A stretch of 64,000 nt of DNA from Candidatus Onstottus arcticum (GTDB lineage: Bacteria > Acidobacteriota > Blastocatellia > UBA7656), in the NCBI GenBank assembly GCA_038040485.1, contig JBBPIE010000033.1:15633-79632 (forward strand), written 5' to 3'. The stretch's first letter is position 1. Each line of letters starts with the position of its first letter. The notes below the pieces were generated by a model that ran no database searches, was not told the DNA's origin, and saw nothing but the letters and a program-made list of their open reading frames with translations. A program made the position numbers and the translations under genes. Of this stretch, positions 48,424 through 57,379 are shown piece after piece.

Positions 48424-49515
48424 TTACCTCAGGAGGTCTAATTCCTTACGTAGTCCTCGCTTTTGACCGATCAGATACGTGAAGATGGGGTTATACTCAT
48501 CGGTTCTGTCGGTTCTGCACTTATGATAGAAATCGTAACTGACTTCGTGAAGCATCGTGTGAGTATTTACGGCCTTGCTTCCAAAGGTTGAGACCGGGTC
48601 ATCCTTCTTAACGACAGGCAACTCATGTCCTGCGAGATAAACGGCATGCCGTGGCTCGGTGGCTGCGCAATTCACGTACGCGACCAGTGACCCGGTTGCG
48701 TAACTTAGATCCCTACATGCCTTCGCCTGGGAAAGCCCCTTCTCGACATTGAACGATGGAACAAACACTACGTCCACCTTGTTTTCCTCATTGAACTGAT
48801 AGTTCATCCTCATAAGTCTCAACACTAGCGCGGGATCGTACGCATCGAGACATATCAGTATCGTAAACGAACCGAACTGCGTCTCATAGTATCGAAGGTT
48901 TCTATCGGAGGGGATTCGGATCATTTCCTCCACTCTCACTGCACTCGTAAGCTTTGCATGTGAATAGACTCTAGGACCGCGACCGGCCTCTCCGCGCAGC
49001 GGAACCGGTGAGAATATAGGCGAGATGTTATAGAAATTCGTGGGGTGATGATAGCTTCCCGCGATCAAGAAAAGCTCGGCGGCTGCGACTATCTCCTTTA
49101 TCTGTTCTTGAAACTTCTTGTCCTGCGCGCGGTCAACCGGCGTCGGATACGCAAGTTCATTGAAGCAAACGAGCTTGGCGCCAACCTCCGCGGCCTTTTC
49201 TAATTGTGTTAGGAACTCCTTCCGAAGTTTGGGCCTGTGCTTCTCTTTCACAATGTAAATCTTATAACCGCGCTTAGAGACCTCGTCGAAATCCGACATT
49301 GAAATACTGGTGGAGACCGTTGTGACGTGTAGGCTCGGGGATCCCTTAACGCCAAACGGCATTATTTGGGGCTTGTTGACGACTCCGCTTCCATCGAGGA
49401 TGCGTCGGAGGATATCCAGTTCCTTGAACCAAGCGCGGGGAATGCGCTCTTCGGATGTTTTGTTGACCCTATCACGCGGGGAGTTTTCGGGGCTAGAACT
49501 CTTTCGCGTACTCAT
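48424..49515 (-). CDS. divergent nitrilase-superfamily (carbon-nitrogen hydrolase fold) protein with a basic ~60-aa N-terminal tail
   Basis: Putative catalytic residues in canonical order and spacing: E120 (AKLVCFNELAYP), K188 (VYSHAKLT), E196/E197, C222 (FTILICLDAYDP; TGT codon at 48850-48852). The sequence lines I counted in this gene are 42-48% GC, against about 62% in the neighbouring gene. Confidence 0.6.
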   Translation of the reverse strand: MSTRKSSSPENSPRDRVNKTSEERIPRAWFKELDILRRILDGSGVVNKPQIMPFGVKGSPSLHVTTVSTSISMSDFDEVSKRGYKIYIVKEKHRPKLRKEFLTQLEKAAEVGAKLVCFNELAYPTPVDRAQDKKFQEQIKEIVAAAELFLIAGSYHHPTNFYNISPIFSPVPLRGEAGRGPRVYSHAKLTSAVRVEEMIRIPSDRNLRYYETQFGSFTILICLDAYDPALVLRLMRMNYQFNEENKVDVVFVPSFNVEKGLSQAKACRDLSYATGSLVAYVNCAATEPRHAVYLAGHELPVVKKDDPVSTFGSKAVNTHTMLHEVSYDFYHKCRTDRTDEYNPIFTYLIGQKRGLRKELDLLR

Positions 49516-50362
49516 TCAGGAGGTCCCTCGTACTAGCCTGTGCCAGTAGATTGTTGTCGGCCCGTCGTCCGTCGTCGAATCCGTAGCCGCAAAGGTCAGC
49601 TTCCTTATCGGTCGTTCGGATAGAGAAGAGGGCGGAGTGGTCAGGGGAGCCGTACCCGAAAACGTCAAGCTTACCCTCCCTGATCGCTCGCGTGACTCGC
49701 CTAGGAGTCGCCTCGCCACCGATCGCAATGCTAAAGAAGTCGCGAAGCTCAGAGCGGTACTTCGGGTTCACGAGAGCGTCTTCCAATTTCAACTCTCCAT
49801 CAAGCTCTTCGCACAACTCCGCTGATGACGGCTTCAAGCTATTGAACGCCCGCAACTGAAAGTAATATGGAGCCGATCTAGGAACAACCACTCCTGAATC
49901 TTCGGCGTACTTGAGATATGCGTCTCGCAAGCGTTCGATTATGACGCGCGCCTTGGTCTGTGCAAGAGAAAGGTATTTCTCCACGGTTCGCCTTGATAGG
50001 TTGACCGCCGGTTTTCCCTTGAACGCCGAGCAAGTAAGCATCAGCCATATCTTGCTCTGATGGCCATGCATGCAAACAGTCACCGAGACTCTGGATTGTA
50101 CGGAGAAGTCAGCCATCCTGAACCTCATGCCCGGAAAGTTCAGAATGTAGCTTTCCTTGACGCGCTGCTTGATTTTCTCTTTCTTGTTAGTTCTAAATCC
50201 TGAAGTCTGGTTATTGCTGCGTGCGGCGCGTCGGAAAACTGCTTCCCAATCGTCGGCGTGTCGAACAATCTGATCGGCTATTGCTTTCGCGTCCTCAACC
50301 GACACATTGCCCTTTGCTGTGAACACCATCCCAAGGCGATAGACCGGATAACTATAAGACAT
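49493..50362 (-). CDS. hypothetical protein (289 aa), no recognisable domain, translationally coupled to the nitrilase-like gene
   Basis: Uninterrupted ORF in a low-GC stretch. Its last 23 nt overlap the downstream ATG (..LNEYAKEF-stop over ATGAGT). Predicted soluble, with no TM segment. Confidence 0.5.
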   Translation of the reverse strand: MSYSYPVYRLGMVFTAKGNVSVEDAKAIADQIVRHADDWEAVFRRAARSNNQTSGFRTNKKEKIKQRVKESYILNFPGMRFRMADFSVQSRVSVTVCMHGHQSKIWLMLTCSAFKGKPAVNLSRRTVEKYLSLAQTKARVIIERLRDAYLKYAEDSGVVVPRSAPYYFQLRAFNSLKPSSAELCEELDGELKLEDALVNPKYRSELRDFFSIAIGGEATPRRVTRAIREGKLDVFGYGSPDHSALFSIRTTDKEADLCGYGFDDGRRADNNLLAQASTRDLLNEYAKEF

Positions 50363-50388
50363 AGTTCCTTAGACCTCTACCGTTCTAA

Positions 50389-50418
50389 AGTATAGACACC
50401 GCAATCACTTGTGCGCAA
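50389..50418 (-). promoter_or_regulatory. candidate promoter of the two-gene islet
   Basis: On the minus strand: TTGCGC (50413-50418), 18-nt spacer, TATACT (50389-50394), then AAGGA close to the ATG at 50362. Confidence 0.25.
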
Positions 50419-50795
50419 TGCCCCGAAAAGGGACGTCCAACGCCTGCACGGCATTGACGCACGACGGCTGAAGACTACTACGGACTTCTTTTTCTAAGCT
50501 CGGCTGGCGTGGTTTGGCACTAGCAGTGAAGATACTTTCTTAGATTCCCAATGCATTAGCCGGCCGTCCTCCCGAGACTGTTTTTTTCCTTGCAGTTTGA
50601 TCCTGCAAATCGATTCCGATAGGTCCTCGCGCTCTCGCCCCCGGGAGCTAAATCCTTGGAAACCCTTCAGTTCACCTACGGGGGCGTATTAAAGCACAGA
50701 ACCTCGGGTCAGTGCAATCAGAAAAAGACCAATGTTACCAATGAGCACGAGCCGGGACCGAAATGTCGCGACGAAGATCCGCCGACCGACGCCCC

Positions 50796-51779
50796 TTACA
50801 CGTTGTTCATTATCTCGAGCGCGGTGCCGCTGAAGATTCGTTGCTTCTCGCGCTCGGGAATCTCCATCGCTTCGATCGACGACACCGAACGCTCGATCGA
50901 CCCGAGCATGTGCGGGTAGTCGCTTCCCATCACCATATGATCTGCGCCGACCAGATCGCGAGCCAGCCTCAAATTGTGAGGACTGAATGTCACCGTGTCA
51001 TAGTAGAGCTTCTTCAAATAAGTGCTCGGCGGCTGGTCGATCTTCACGCGGCACTCGGCGAAGTCGCGGTAGCCACTGTCCAGGCGCTCCATCAGGTAAG
51101 GCACCGCGCCTCCCAGATGACCGATGATCCAACGAATGTCCGGGAGCTCCGCAAGCATCCCATCGAAACACATCCTCGCGACAGCCAGCGTCGTGTCAAA
51201 CGGAAACCCGACCAGCGGACCCAACACATACTCCTTGAACGGCTCGGAGTAAACGGGAATCATCGGGTGAAGAAAGATGCAAAGCTTCATGCGGTTCGCT
51301 TCTTCAAAGAACGGCCGATAGATCGGGTCAGTCAGCGCGCGGCCTTTGATGTTGCTGAGCAGAATCACGCCGCTCATCTTCAAGTCGTAGATCGCGCGAT
51401 GAAGCTCGGCCAGCGCTGCGTCGGGCGAGTCCATTGGGATCGAGGCGAATCCCTTGAAGCGCTTCGGATGCTCGGCTATCAGTTCCGCATAAGCGTCGTT
51501 GATGACGCGCGCGACTTCGGGTTGTTGCTTCTCGTCGGCGAAGAAGATGTTGGGAGTCGAAAGCGAGACCACCTCGGCGTCGATGCCTACTCGGTCCATG
51601 TCTTCCAGGCGCTTTTGAGGATCGCTCATCGGCGGCGTGACTCCGAAGAACCGCGCGCCGTGATGAGTGATGATCGTGCGTCCGGTCGGGTCCTTGTCGA
51701 ACGAGAAGTCTGACGGAGTGTCGTGAAGCAGCTTGAAGAAGACTTCGGGGTAGTAGTGGGTATGTAGATCGAGTTTCAA
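50796..51779 (-). CDS. amidohydrolase-2 family protein (ACMSD-like metal-dependent decarboxylase/hydrolase)
   Basis: MKLDLHTHYYP (HxH metal site), GHLGGAVPY, and MGSDYPH near the C-terminus. Confidence 0.8.
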   Translation of the reverse strand: MKLDLHTHYYPEVFFKLLHDTPSDFSFDKDPTGRTIITHHGARFFGVTPPMSDPQKRLEDMDRVGIDAEVVSLSTPNIFFADEKQQPEVARVINDAYAELIAEHPKRFKGFASIPMDSPDAALAELHRAIYDLKMSGVILLSNIKGRALTDPIYRPFFEEANRMKLCIFLHPMIPVYSEPFKEYVLGPLVGFPFDTTLAVARMCFDGMLAELPDIRWIIGHLGGAVPYLMERLDSGYRDFAECRVKIDQPPSTYLKKLYYDTVTFSPHNLRLARDLVGADHMVMGSDYPHMLGSIERSVSSIEAMEIPEREKQRIFSGTALEIMNNV

Positions 51780-51820
51780 TGATTCATCTCCTCGTGGAAC
51801 CGGGAGCCTATTGAAGCATT

Positions 51821-51985
51821 AGACGGCGGGAATTTCCACTCCGAAGATGGTGCTCAGTTGCTTCGCTTCTGGACAGGGAAGTTTCAGTGCTTGCGAAGTA
51901 TCTCGGCTACGACGCGCGATTGTACGATGGGTCGTTTGAAGATTGGAGCAAGCGGACTGAATTGCCTGTTGTGGGTCCTGGCTAA
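51821..51985 (+). pseudogene. remnant of a rhodanese / sulfurtransferase gene (C-terminal fragment, frame-disrupted)
   Basis: 51887-51985 translates to VLAKYLGYDARLYDGSFEDWSKRTELPVVGPG-stop, the typical rhodanese C-terminus (LGY..V.lYDGSw.eW). An upstream piece in another frame reads DGGNFHSEDGAQLLRF. There is no start codon and no active-site loop. Confidence 0.35.
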
Positions 51986-52098
51986 GTAGGGTTTTGACGT
52001 GCCTTGTCGGAGCGCTCCTACTGGGACGCCCTTTGCCGTCGATGTTGGTCGCTAAGAGGCAAGGTCGCCAGAAGGCGTTTACCCTGCACGCCGGGAGA

Positions 52099-52359
52099 TC
52101 AAGTGAGATGTTCCACGTATGTGACGGTGACGCTGGAACAGTTACCAACAGTGTAGGAACCGCTTCCTGCGTAGGCCCAGCTACTGTCCATTACGCCGTC
52201 GCAGTTAGTATAGGTGTACTCGATCCAGGCTCTTGGCGCGCCCGTATTGATTGCGCAAGTGCTACAGCAACCCCAGGCACCCGACAAGGCAGACAGGCAA
52301 ACGGCCAAGGCGAGCAATCTTGGTGCAAGCGATAAGTTCATGATTGTCAGCTTTTTCAT
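52099..52359 (-). CDS. small secreted cysteine-rich protein (86 aa)
   Basis: Signal peptide MKKLTIMNLSLAPRLLALAVCLSALSGA. The mature ~58 aa contain 5 Cys (WGCCSTC..NCDG..GNCS). ATGA overlap with the upstream gene. Confidence 0.45.
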   Translation of the reverse strand: MKKLTIMNLSLAPRLLALAVCLSALSGAWGCCSTCAINTGAPRAWIEYTYTNCDGVMDSSWAYAGSGSYTVGNCSSVTVTYVEHLT

Positions 52360-53267
52360 GGTTGTCCGAATGCCTCCAATCTACCTAAGAGCTTCTTAAC
52401 AGTAGTGTCGTCGAAGAAGGTGCCTACGGGCGAAGAATACAGATAGCCGTTTTCACCGAAGGGGAGACGGCCTGCAGCGCTACGGGCGAGGCCATGCGCG
52501 GTGAACATCCGGTTCTCAATCTTTTGCATCATGTCTAGTTGTTGCTTGAGGCTGAAAACCAGGTCATCATCTGAGACCAAAGAGTAAGCGAGAACGTAAG
52601 CTTGCACTGGAGAAAGATCCGAACCGGACCAAGCGGAGAGCTCAGCGCGCAGTTCGCCGAACCGCTCTTGAAGATTATCGGCGATGATGCCGGGCGCTTT
52701 TGAGCGGTAAACAAGCGCCTCTGCAGTCGACGCGTCTCTGTACTCCTTTGCTTTCTGAATGAACGTAGGCTGGTCCTTCACTCCGGGGGCGCTTTTCCTC
52801 AATAACACCTGTGGCGACCAATAGGAGACGTTCCTCGCGTCCGGTACGGCGCGAAAGGAGTTATATCCCCAATCCGTGATCTGGGCATCAGTAACACTTG
52901 CTAAGCGCTCGTGCAGGGAGTCTGAAACCGCGCTCGAAACCTGGGAAAGCGTCAACCTGTGCAACTGGCCATTCAACGTCCGGGTTTCGAGGTCTTGAAG
53001 CCGGCTTGAGACGTCGCTGGAAACTGTAACGCCGGCCCGAGAACTCACGAACGATGCGACTGAGTTAACCGATCCCGCTACTCCCGAAGCATTCGTTGCG
53101 AAGGCAACGCCACTTCCGACCCCTAACTGCAGCGGTGAAACGTCAGCTCGCACTGCACGCAGGGAAGAGGGGTTATAGAACAGGAACCGGTTTGCAGCGC
53201 AGACCCCAAACAAAATGAATACCGCTACCCCAGCGCAAAGCAGCAGCCTTTTTCGCTTCTTTTCCAT
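52356..53267 (-). CDS. membrane-anchored hypothetical protein (303 aa)
   Basis: AGGAGG lies 5 nt upstream of the ATG. N-terminal TM anchor (LLLCAGVAVFILFGVCAA), then a Ser/Val-rich linker and a globular C-terminal part. No recognisable domain. Confidence 0.5.
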   Translation of the reverse strand: MEKKRKRLLLCAGVAVFILFGVCAANRFLFYNPSSLRAVRADVSPLQLGVGSGVAFATNASGVAGSVNSVASFVSSRAGVTVSSDVSSRLQDLETRTLNGQLHRLTLSQVSSAVSDSLHERLASVTDAQITDWGYNSFRAVPDARNVSYWSPQVLLRKSAPGVKDQPTFIQKAKEYRDASTAEALVYRSKAPGIIADNLQERFGELRAELSAWSGSDLSPVQAYVLAYSLVSDDDLVFSLKQQLDMMQKIENRMFTAHGLARSAAGRLPFGENGYLYSSPVGTFFDDTTVKKLLGRLEAFGQP

Positions 53268-53403
53268 TTTGCCCTCCTAAAGACGCTTTCACTGCGAACG
53301 AATTGGCGTTAGTAATACCACAACTCAGAACCAGAAGAAAACGCTTCATAACTTTCGCCTCCGGGCTAAAGGTGCGTAAAGGTCTACCGCACTGTTTGAA
53401 CCT

Positions 53404-54063
53404 CTAAAACGAACTGTTACTTGACCAGCTGCTTCCGTCCTCAAAATAGACTTCTACTACTTTCAAAGCCAAATCGCTGGCGCTCGCCGGCAACCACATT
53501 TTCCCCGAGTCAAAACTCGCTTTTTTCTTTATGATCTTTGCCTCGCCAGCGCTGCTCGCGGCTTGCACCAGCTTCTCCGGCGCGACCCAGTCGGCGGGCA
53601 CTACAGAGTAACCGCTATGAGGTTCGATGCTTGTTCCCGTCCTCTTCATGAAGTGCGTTCGCCCTGTTGTGTTGTTTTTGAGGAACAATGCAAAACCGGT
53701 CATACGCTTATCTGTTTGGTTGACTAGCGTAACCTTGGGGAAGGCGGCATATTTAGTTGAGTCGGCCACAATGCCGGTAAGCCGGCGAAATTCTGCCTTC
53801 GTTATTTCTTTCACGCCTGCTTGTTCGATGGAGAGGGGCGCAGCTTCCTGAGTTTCAAAGTCTATAGGAAGATCGGGATGCTGCTTGATCTTCTTTACCA
53901 TCTCGGTGTCCGGCTCAGCAGCGCTCAGTTTCGAGGACCGTTCAACTTCTTGGCCGTCGGCCTGACTGTAAGAAAAGATGACCAGCATCACCATCGCAAC
54001 CGCGCTTGCGCAAATAGGCACGCGCCCCATTACGCTAGATCTGGAGTCATTATCGCTTCTCAT
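53404..54063 (-). CDS. secreted/anchored hypothetical protein
   Basis: Start chosen at MRSDNDS (AGGAGG 11 nt upstream). Hydrophobic segment ICASAVAMVMLVIF. No recognisable domain. Confidence 0.5.
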   Translation of the reverse strand: MRSDNDSRSSVMGRVPICASAVAMVMLVIFSYSQADGQEVERSSKLSAAEPDTEMVKKIKQHPDLPIDFETQEAAPLSIEQAGVKEITKAEFRRLTGIVADSTKYAAFPKVTLVNQTDKRMTGFALFLKNNTTGRTHFMKRTGTSIEPHSGYSVVPADWVAPEKLVQAASSAGEAKIIKKKASFDSGKMWLPASASDLALKVVEVYFEDGSSWSSNSSF

Positions 54064-54156
54064 GTTTTTTCGACCTCCTGGGTAATACACCAGCGGTTCA
54101 ACCCGGACTGCTTAATCGACCCGTTGACTTTAGGTGAATTAAGCACAGATATGACT

Positions 54157-54582
54157 TCAAGTCTCGTCAGAAATCCCGAATTGTTCAGCAAGGACCAAAT
54201 GTCTCAAATGAACGGGGGCAACCCCAAGAAGTGTATGGGAATTCCTTTCAAGACCGCCGAGGCTACCGAAGCCGCTAGAGAGCGCCACTTCAAGAAGATT
54301 GTGATTCCTATCCTTCAGGGTTGCGATAGCCCGCAATAGGCGATAACGAATAACCAACTGATGGAAAGTAAAGCCGGTCGTTTGCCGCATCAAAAGATTC
54401 AGATGGTTTTTGCTTGCGCCGCTCTCTCTCGCCGCTTGCTGGAGGTCTAGATCAGGATCAGCATAGTCTCTCTCGATGAGCTGCCACGCACGTCTCAGCC
54501 GCTGATCCTGCTCGAGATTTGCGACGATATCAGCGAGCGGGCGCGAGAATAGTTTCTTCTCGATCTCCTTGATTGTGTCCAT
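54157..54582 (-). CDS. AraC-family HTH-only transcriptional regulator (141 aa)
   Basis: LDLQQAARESGASKNHLNLLMRQTTGFTFHQLVIRYRLLRAIATL..LLEVALSSGFGS matches the double-HTH AraC DNA-binding domain. There is no ligand-binding domain. Confidence 0.65.
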   Translation of the reverse strand: MDTIKEIEKKLFSRPLADIVANLEQDQRLRRAWQLIERDYADPDLDLQQAARESGASKNHLNLLMRQTTGFTFHQLVIRYRLLRAIATLKDRNHNLLEVALSSGFGSLGGLERNSHTLLGVAPVHLRHLVLAEQFGISDET

Positions 54583-54843
54583 TCATGCCCTGCCAGGCTG
54601 GAATAACCCACTCATGGTTAGTAGACGTAAGTTGGCTTGAAAGTAATGCAAAGGCTTCAAACGGGAGGCTGGACATCGCAGCGTCCGCGGGCTCGTAGCG
54701 TACTAGCTGCCCGCTAATCCCTCAGCTCTGGCGAGGGACACGTATGCTAAAAGCGCAAGCGTTTCGTTAAGTCGGGAATGCCTTCGAGCGCTGAGCCGCT
54801 TTTAAACACGCGCGGAAGTGCGGGAAGGAACAGTTCGAGCAGA

Positions 54844-57096
54844 TCACCGAGGCGCTGGAGGAACCTTGTCCCGCAAGTACCGAGTCAACAACTCATACAC
54901 ATGCCGAGTCGTGTTCTTGCCCTCGGAGATCCCGTGACTCCGATTCGGATAAGCCATCATCGTGAACGGTTTGTTCGCGGCCACCAGCGCGTTGATCAAC
55001 GCTTCGGTGTTCTGGTAGTGGACGTTGTCGTCGCCCGTGCCGTGCACCACAAGCAAGTTTCCCTTTAGCTGATTGGCGTACGTGATCGGCGAGCAACGTT
55101 TGTAGTCTTCGGCGTTCTCCGTCGGAAGACCCATGTACCGCTCCTGATAGATCGTGTCGTAGTAGCGCATATCGGTTACCGGCGCGACTGCCATCCCGGT
55201 GCCGTACACATCGGGGTAGCGGAGGATCCCGCTCAGAGTTCCTTCGCCGCCGCCGCTCCAACCCCAGATCGCGACTCGTGAGGCGTCAACGTACGGCCAG
55301 CGTCCGATGGCTCGGGCGGCCGCCGCCTGGTCTTGCGATGATAGCGAGCCGATTTGCCGGTAGGCGCTCTTACGCCACGCGCGGCCTCGCGGCGCAGGCG
55401 TTCCGCGATTGTCCACGCTTGCGACAAGATAACCCTGCTGCGCGAGCATCTGATGCCACAGTCCGCGCGCTCCGCCCCAGCGATCCACAACCGTCTGGCC
55501 CGCCGGTTCGCCGTAGACGTAAAACAAGATCGGATACTTCTTCGACGGATCGAAGTTGGGCGGCTTGATGATCCACCCATCAAGCTGCACTCCGTCGGCG
55601 ATCGCGACCTGGAAGAACTCGACCGGAGGCCGCTTCAACTTGCTGAGCTTTTCTTTTATCGCCGCGTTGTCTACCAGCACGCGCGCGGCGGCGTGTTCCG
55701 GCAGCCGAACAAGCTCGATCCGCTGAGGCGCGGTGAACGTCGAGTAAGTGTGAAAGGCCCAACCCGCGCTTGGTGAAACGTTGTAGGTGTGAGTGCCTGC
55801 TTGATCAGCCGGAGTGAGCCGCTCCGACTTGCCTTGCCCGTCGAGGCGCGTGCGGTAGAGATAACGCTGAGTCGCGTTCTCGGGCGACGCCGAGTAGTAA
55901 AGCCAACCGCCCGCTTCGTCCACGCCTTCGACGGTTATCACATCAAAAGCTCCGTTCGTGATCAGCTTCTGCGAACCGCCGTCCCGGCTGACAAGGTAAA
56001 CGTGACGCCAGCCGTCTTTCTCGCTCACCCAGATGAACTGTTTGCCGCTGTCGATCCAATCGATGTCATCGCCTTGAATATCGAGCCAGGCGTCGTCGCG
56101 GTCGGTCAGAATGTTTTTCACCTGCCCCGAACGAACGTCGCCGATAAAGACGCGGTTGGTGTTCTGCAATCGGTTGAGCTGCTGAAGCACAAGCTCGGTC
56201 GAGCTTGCCGCCCAATTCATCCTCGCAATGTAGTTGTTTCGCGGGTCGCCGGGCACTTCAAGCCATCGAGTCGCGCCGCCTTCCGCGCTCACTACTCCGA
56301 CGCGGCCAGCCGAGTTTGTCGTCCCGGCCTTCGGGTATTGAACCGGAATGATTTTGGGATAAAGATCATCGGTGTCGTTGATCAAATAGAAGTCGCGCAC
56401 GCCTTCAGCGTCGAGCTGCCAGAAAGCGATCGACTTGCTGTCGGGGCTCCAGCGCCAGCCATCGCGCAAATCGAGCTCTTCTTCGTAGACCCAGTCGAAA
56501 GTTCCGTTGATGATCGTGCGCGAACCGTCTGAAGTCAAAGGAGTGACGCGGCCGTCCGCGAGATTTTCGACATACAGGTTGTTCTCGCGCACATAGCCGG
56601 CGCGTGTTCCGTCGGGCGAGAACTTGGCGAACATCAAGGTCGAAGGCTTCGCGTCGCCGCCGAGCTTGGAGAGTTTGCCGCTGGCGAGTTCGAGCGCCCA
56701 GTAGTCGCCTCGGGTGTTTTGCCGCCACACGCGCTGTGAGTTGGTAAAGATAAGCAGCTTCTTGCCGTCTGCCGACCACGAGTAATCTTCGATGTCGAGT
56801 TGAGTCATCTGCCCGGCTGGGACCAAACGATCCGCGCCGACCAGGACCGATCGTTTGCCCGTGCTGGTTTCATATCGAACGATGTCGCGCTTGCCGCCGG
56901 CCGCCGATTTTTCGAGCTTGGTATAACCGGCGCCACCTTCGATCCATCGAGCTTGCCCGAACTGCTCGCCCGTGAACTCCTCTGAGCTGAACAGCCGCTC
57001 GAGCGTGAGCAGCGAGGGGTCAGACTGCTGTGCGAACGCGGGAATCATCGCAAGCGCGACGATCAGGGCGAGTCCGACTAGTCTGCGTTGTATCAT
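54844..57096 (-). CDS. S9B dipeptidyl-peptidase IV family protein
   Basis: Start at MIQRRLVGLALIVALAMIPAFA (GGAGGA 6 nt upstream). DPP-IV N-terminal propeller. GWSGGG nucleophile and VHGTGDDNVH. Confidence 0.85.
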   Translation of the reverse strand: MIQRRLVGLALIVALAMIPAFAQQSDPSLLTLERLFSSEEFTGEQFGQARWIEGGAGYTKLEKSAAGGKRDIVRYETSTGKRSVLVGADRLVPAGQMTQLDIEDYSWSADGKKLLIFTNSQRVWRQNTRGDYWALELASGKLSKLGGDAKPSTLMFAKFSPDGTRAGYVRENNLYVENLADGRVTPLTSDGSRTIINGTFDWVYEEELDLRDGWRWSPDSKSIAFWQLDAEGVRDFYLINDTDDLYPKIIPVQYPKAGTTNSAGRVGVVSAEGGATRWLEVPGDPRNNYIARMNWAASSTELVLQQLNRLQNTNRVFIGDVRSGQVKNILTDRDDAWLDIQGDDIDWIDSGKQFIWVSEKDGWRHVYLVSRDGGSQKLITNGAFDVITVEGVDEAGGWLYYSASPENATQRYLYRTRLDGQGKSERLTPADQAGTHTYNVSPSAGWAFHTYSTFTAPQRIELVRLPEHAAARVLVDNAAIKEKLSKLKRPPVEFFQVAIADGVQLDGWIIKPPNFDPSKKYPILFYVYGEPAGQTVVDRWGGARGLWHQMLAQQGYLVASVDNRGTPAPRGRAWRKSAYRQIGSLSSQDQAAAARAIGRWPYVDASRVAIWGWSGGGEGTLSGILRYPDVYGTGMAVAPVTDMRYYDTIYQERYMGLPTENAEDYKRCSPITYANQLKGNLLVVHGTGDDNVHYQNTEALINALVAANKPFTMMAYPNRSHGISEGKNTTRHVYELLTRYLRDKVPPAPR

Positions 57097-57178
57097 TTTG
57101 TTCCTCCAGGCAACCACTTACTGGTCAGACAAACAGGTCTGTTCAGTCGAAGATTCAAACAAAGAGCAATCCCCTTCT

Positions 57179-57372
57179 CAACTCCGTAGGAGTTGGATGT
57201 TTATAGTATTCAGCGCGCCGAGAATCTCACCCCAGAGGGGTGACATAGGCTTGCGTGCCCGGCACATTGCAACCCGGGGTTGAGGAGCGCGCCGCCCCAT
57301 AAACATTGCACTCCTCTGGAGTGCGGCTCCGTTGACCCGCGATCCTATAAACATTGCACTCCCCTGGAGTGC
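57179..57372. repeat. cluster of REP-like hairpins with a TATAAACAT box
   Basis: CAACTCCgtaGGAGTTG followed by gatgtttatag (57179-57206). CACCCCagaGGGGTG (57228-57242). cataaacatt followed by GCACTCCtctGGAGTGC (57298-57324). ctataaacatt followed by GCACTCCcctGGAGTGC (57345-57372). Confidence 0.75.
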
Positions 57373-57379
57373 GCAGGCC

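Noticed and set aside
50763-51713. 316-aa plus-strand ORF antisense to the amidohydrolase. Similar antisense ORFs: 44982-45815, 41886-42662, 33362-34288, 57332-58189, 58196-58888, 58771-59604, 10530-11327
   Set aside because: Each lies opposite a gene with clear family motifs and has an Arg/His-rich, motif-free translation.
51819-52148. 109-aa minus-strand ORF across the rhodanese remnant
   Set aside because: It has no motifs and overlaps the end of the small Cys-rich gene. The plus strand shows a recognisable rhodanese C-terminus instead.
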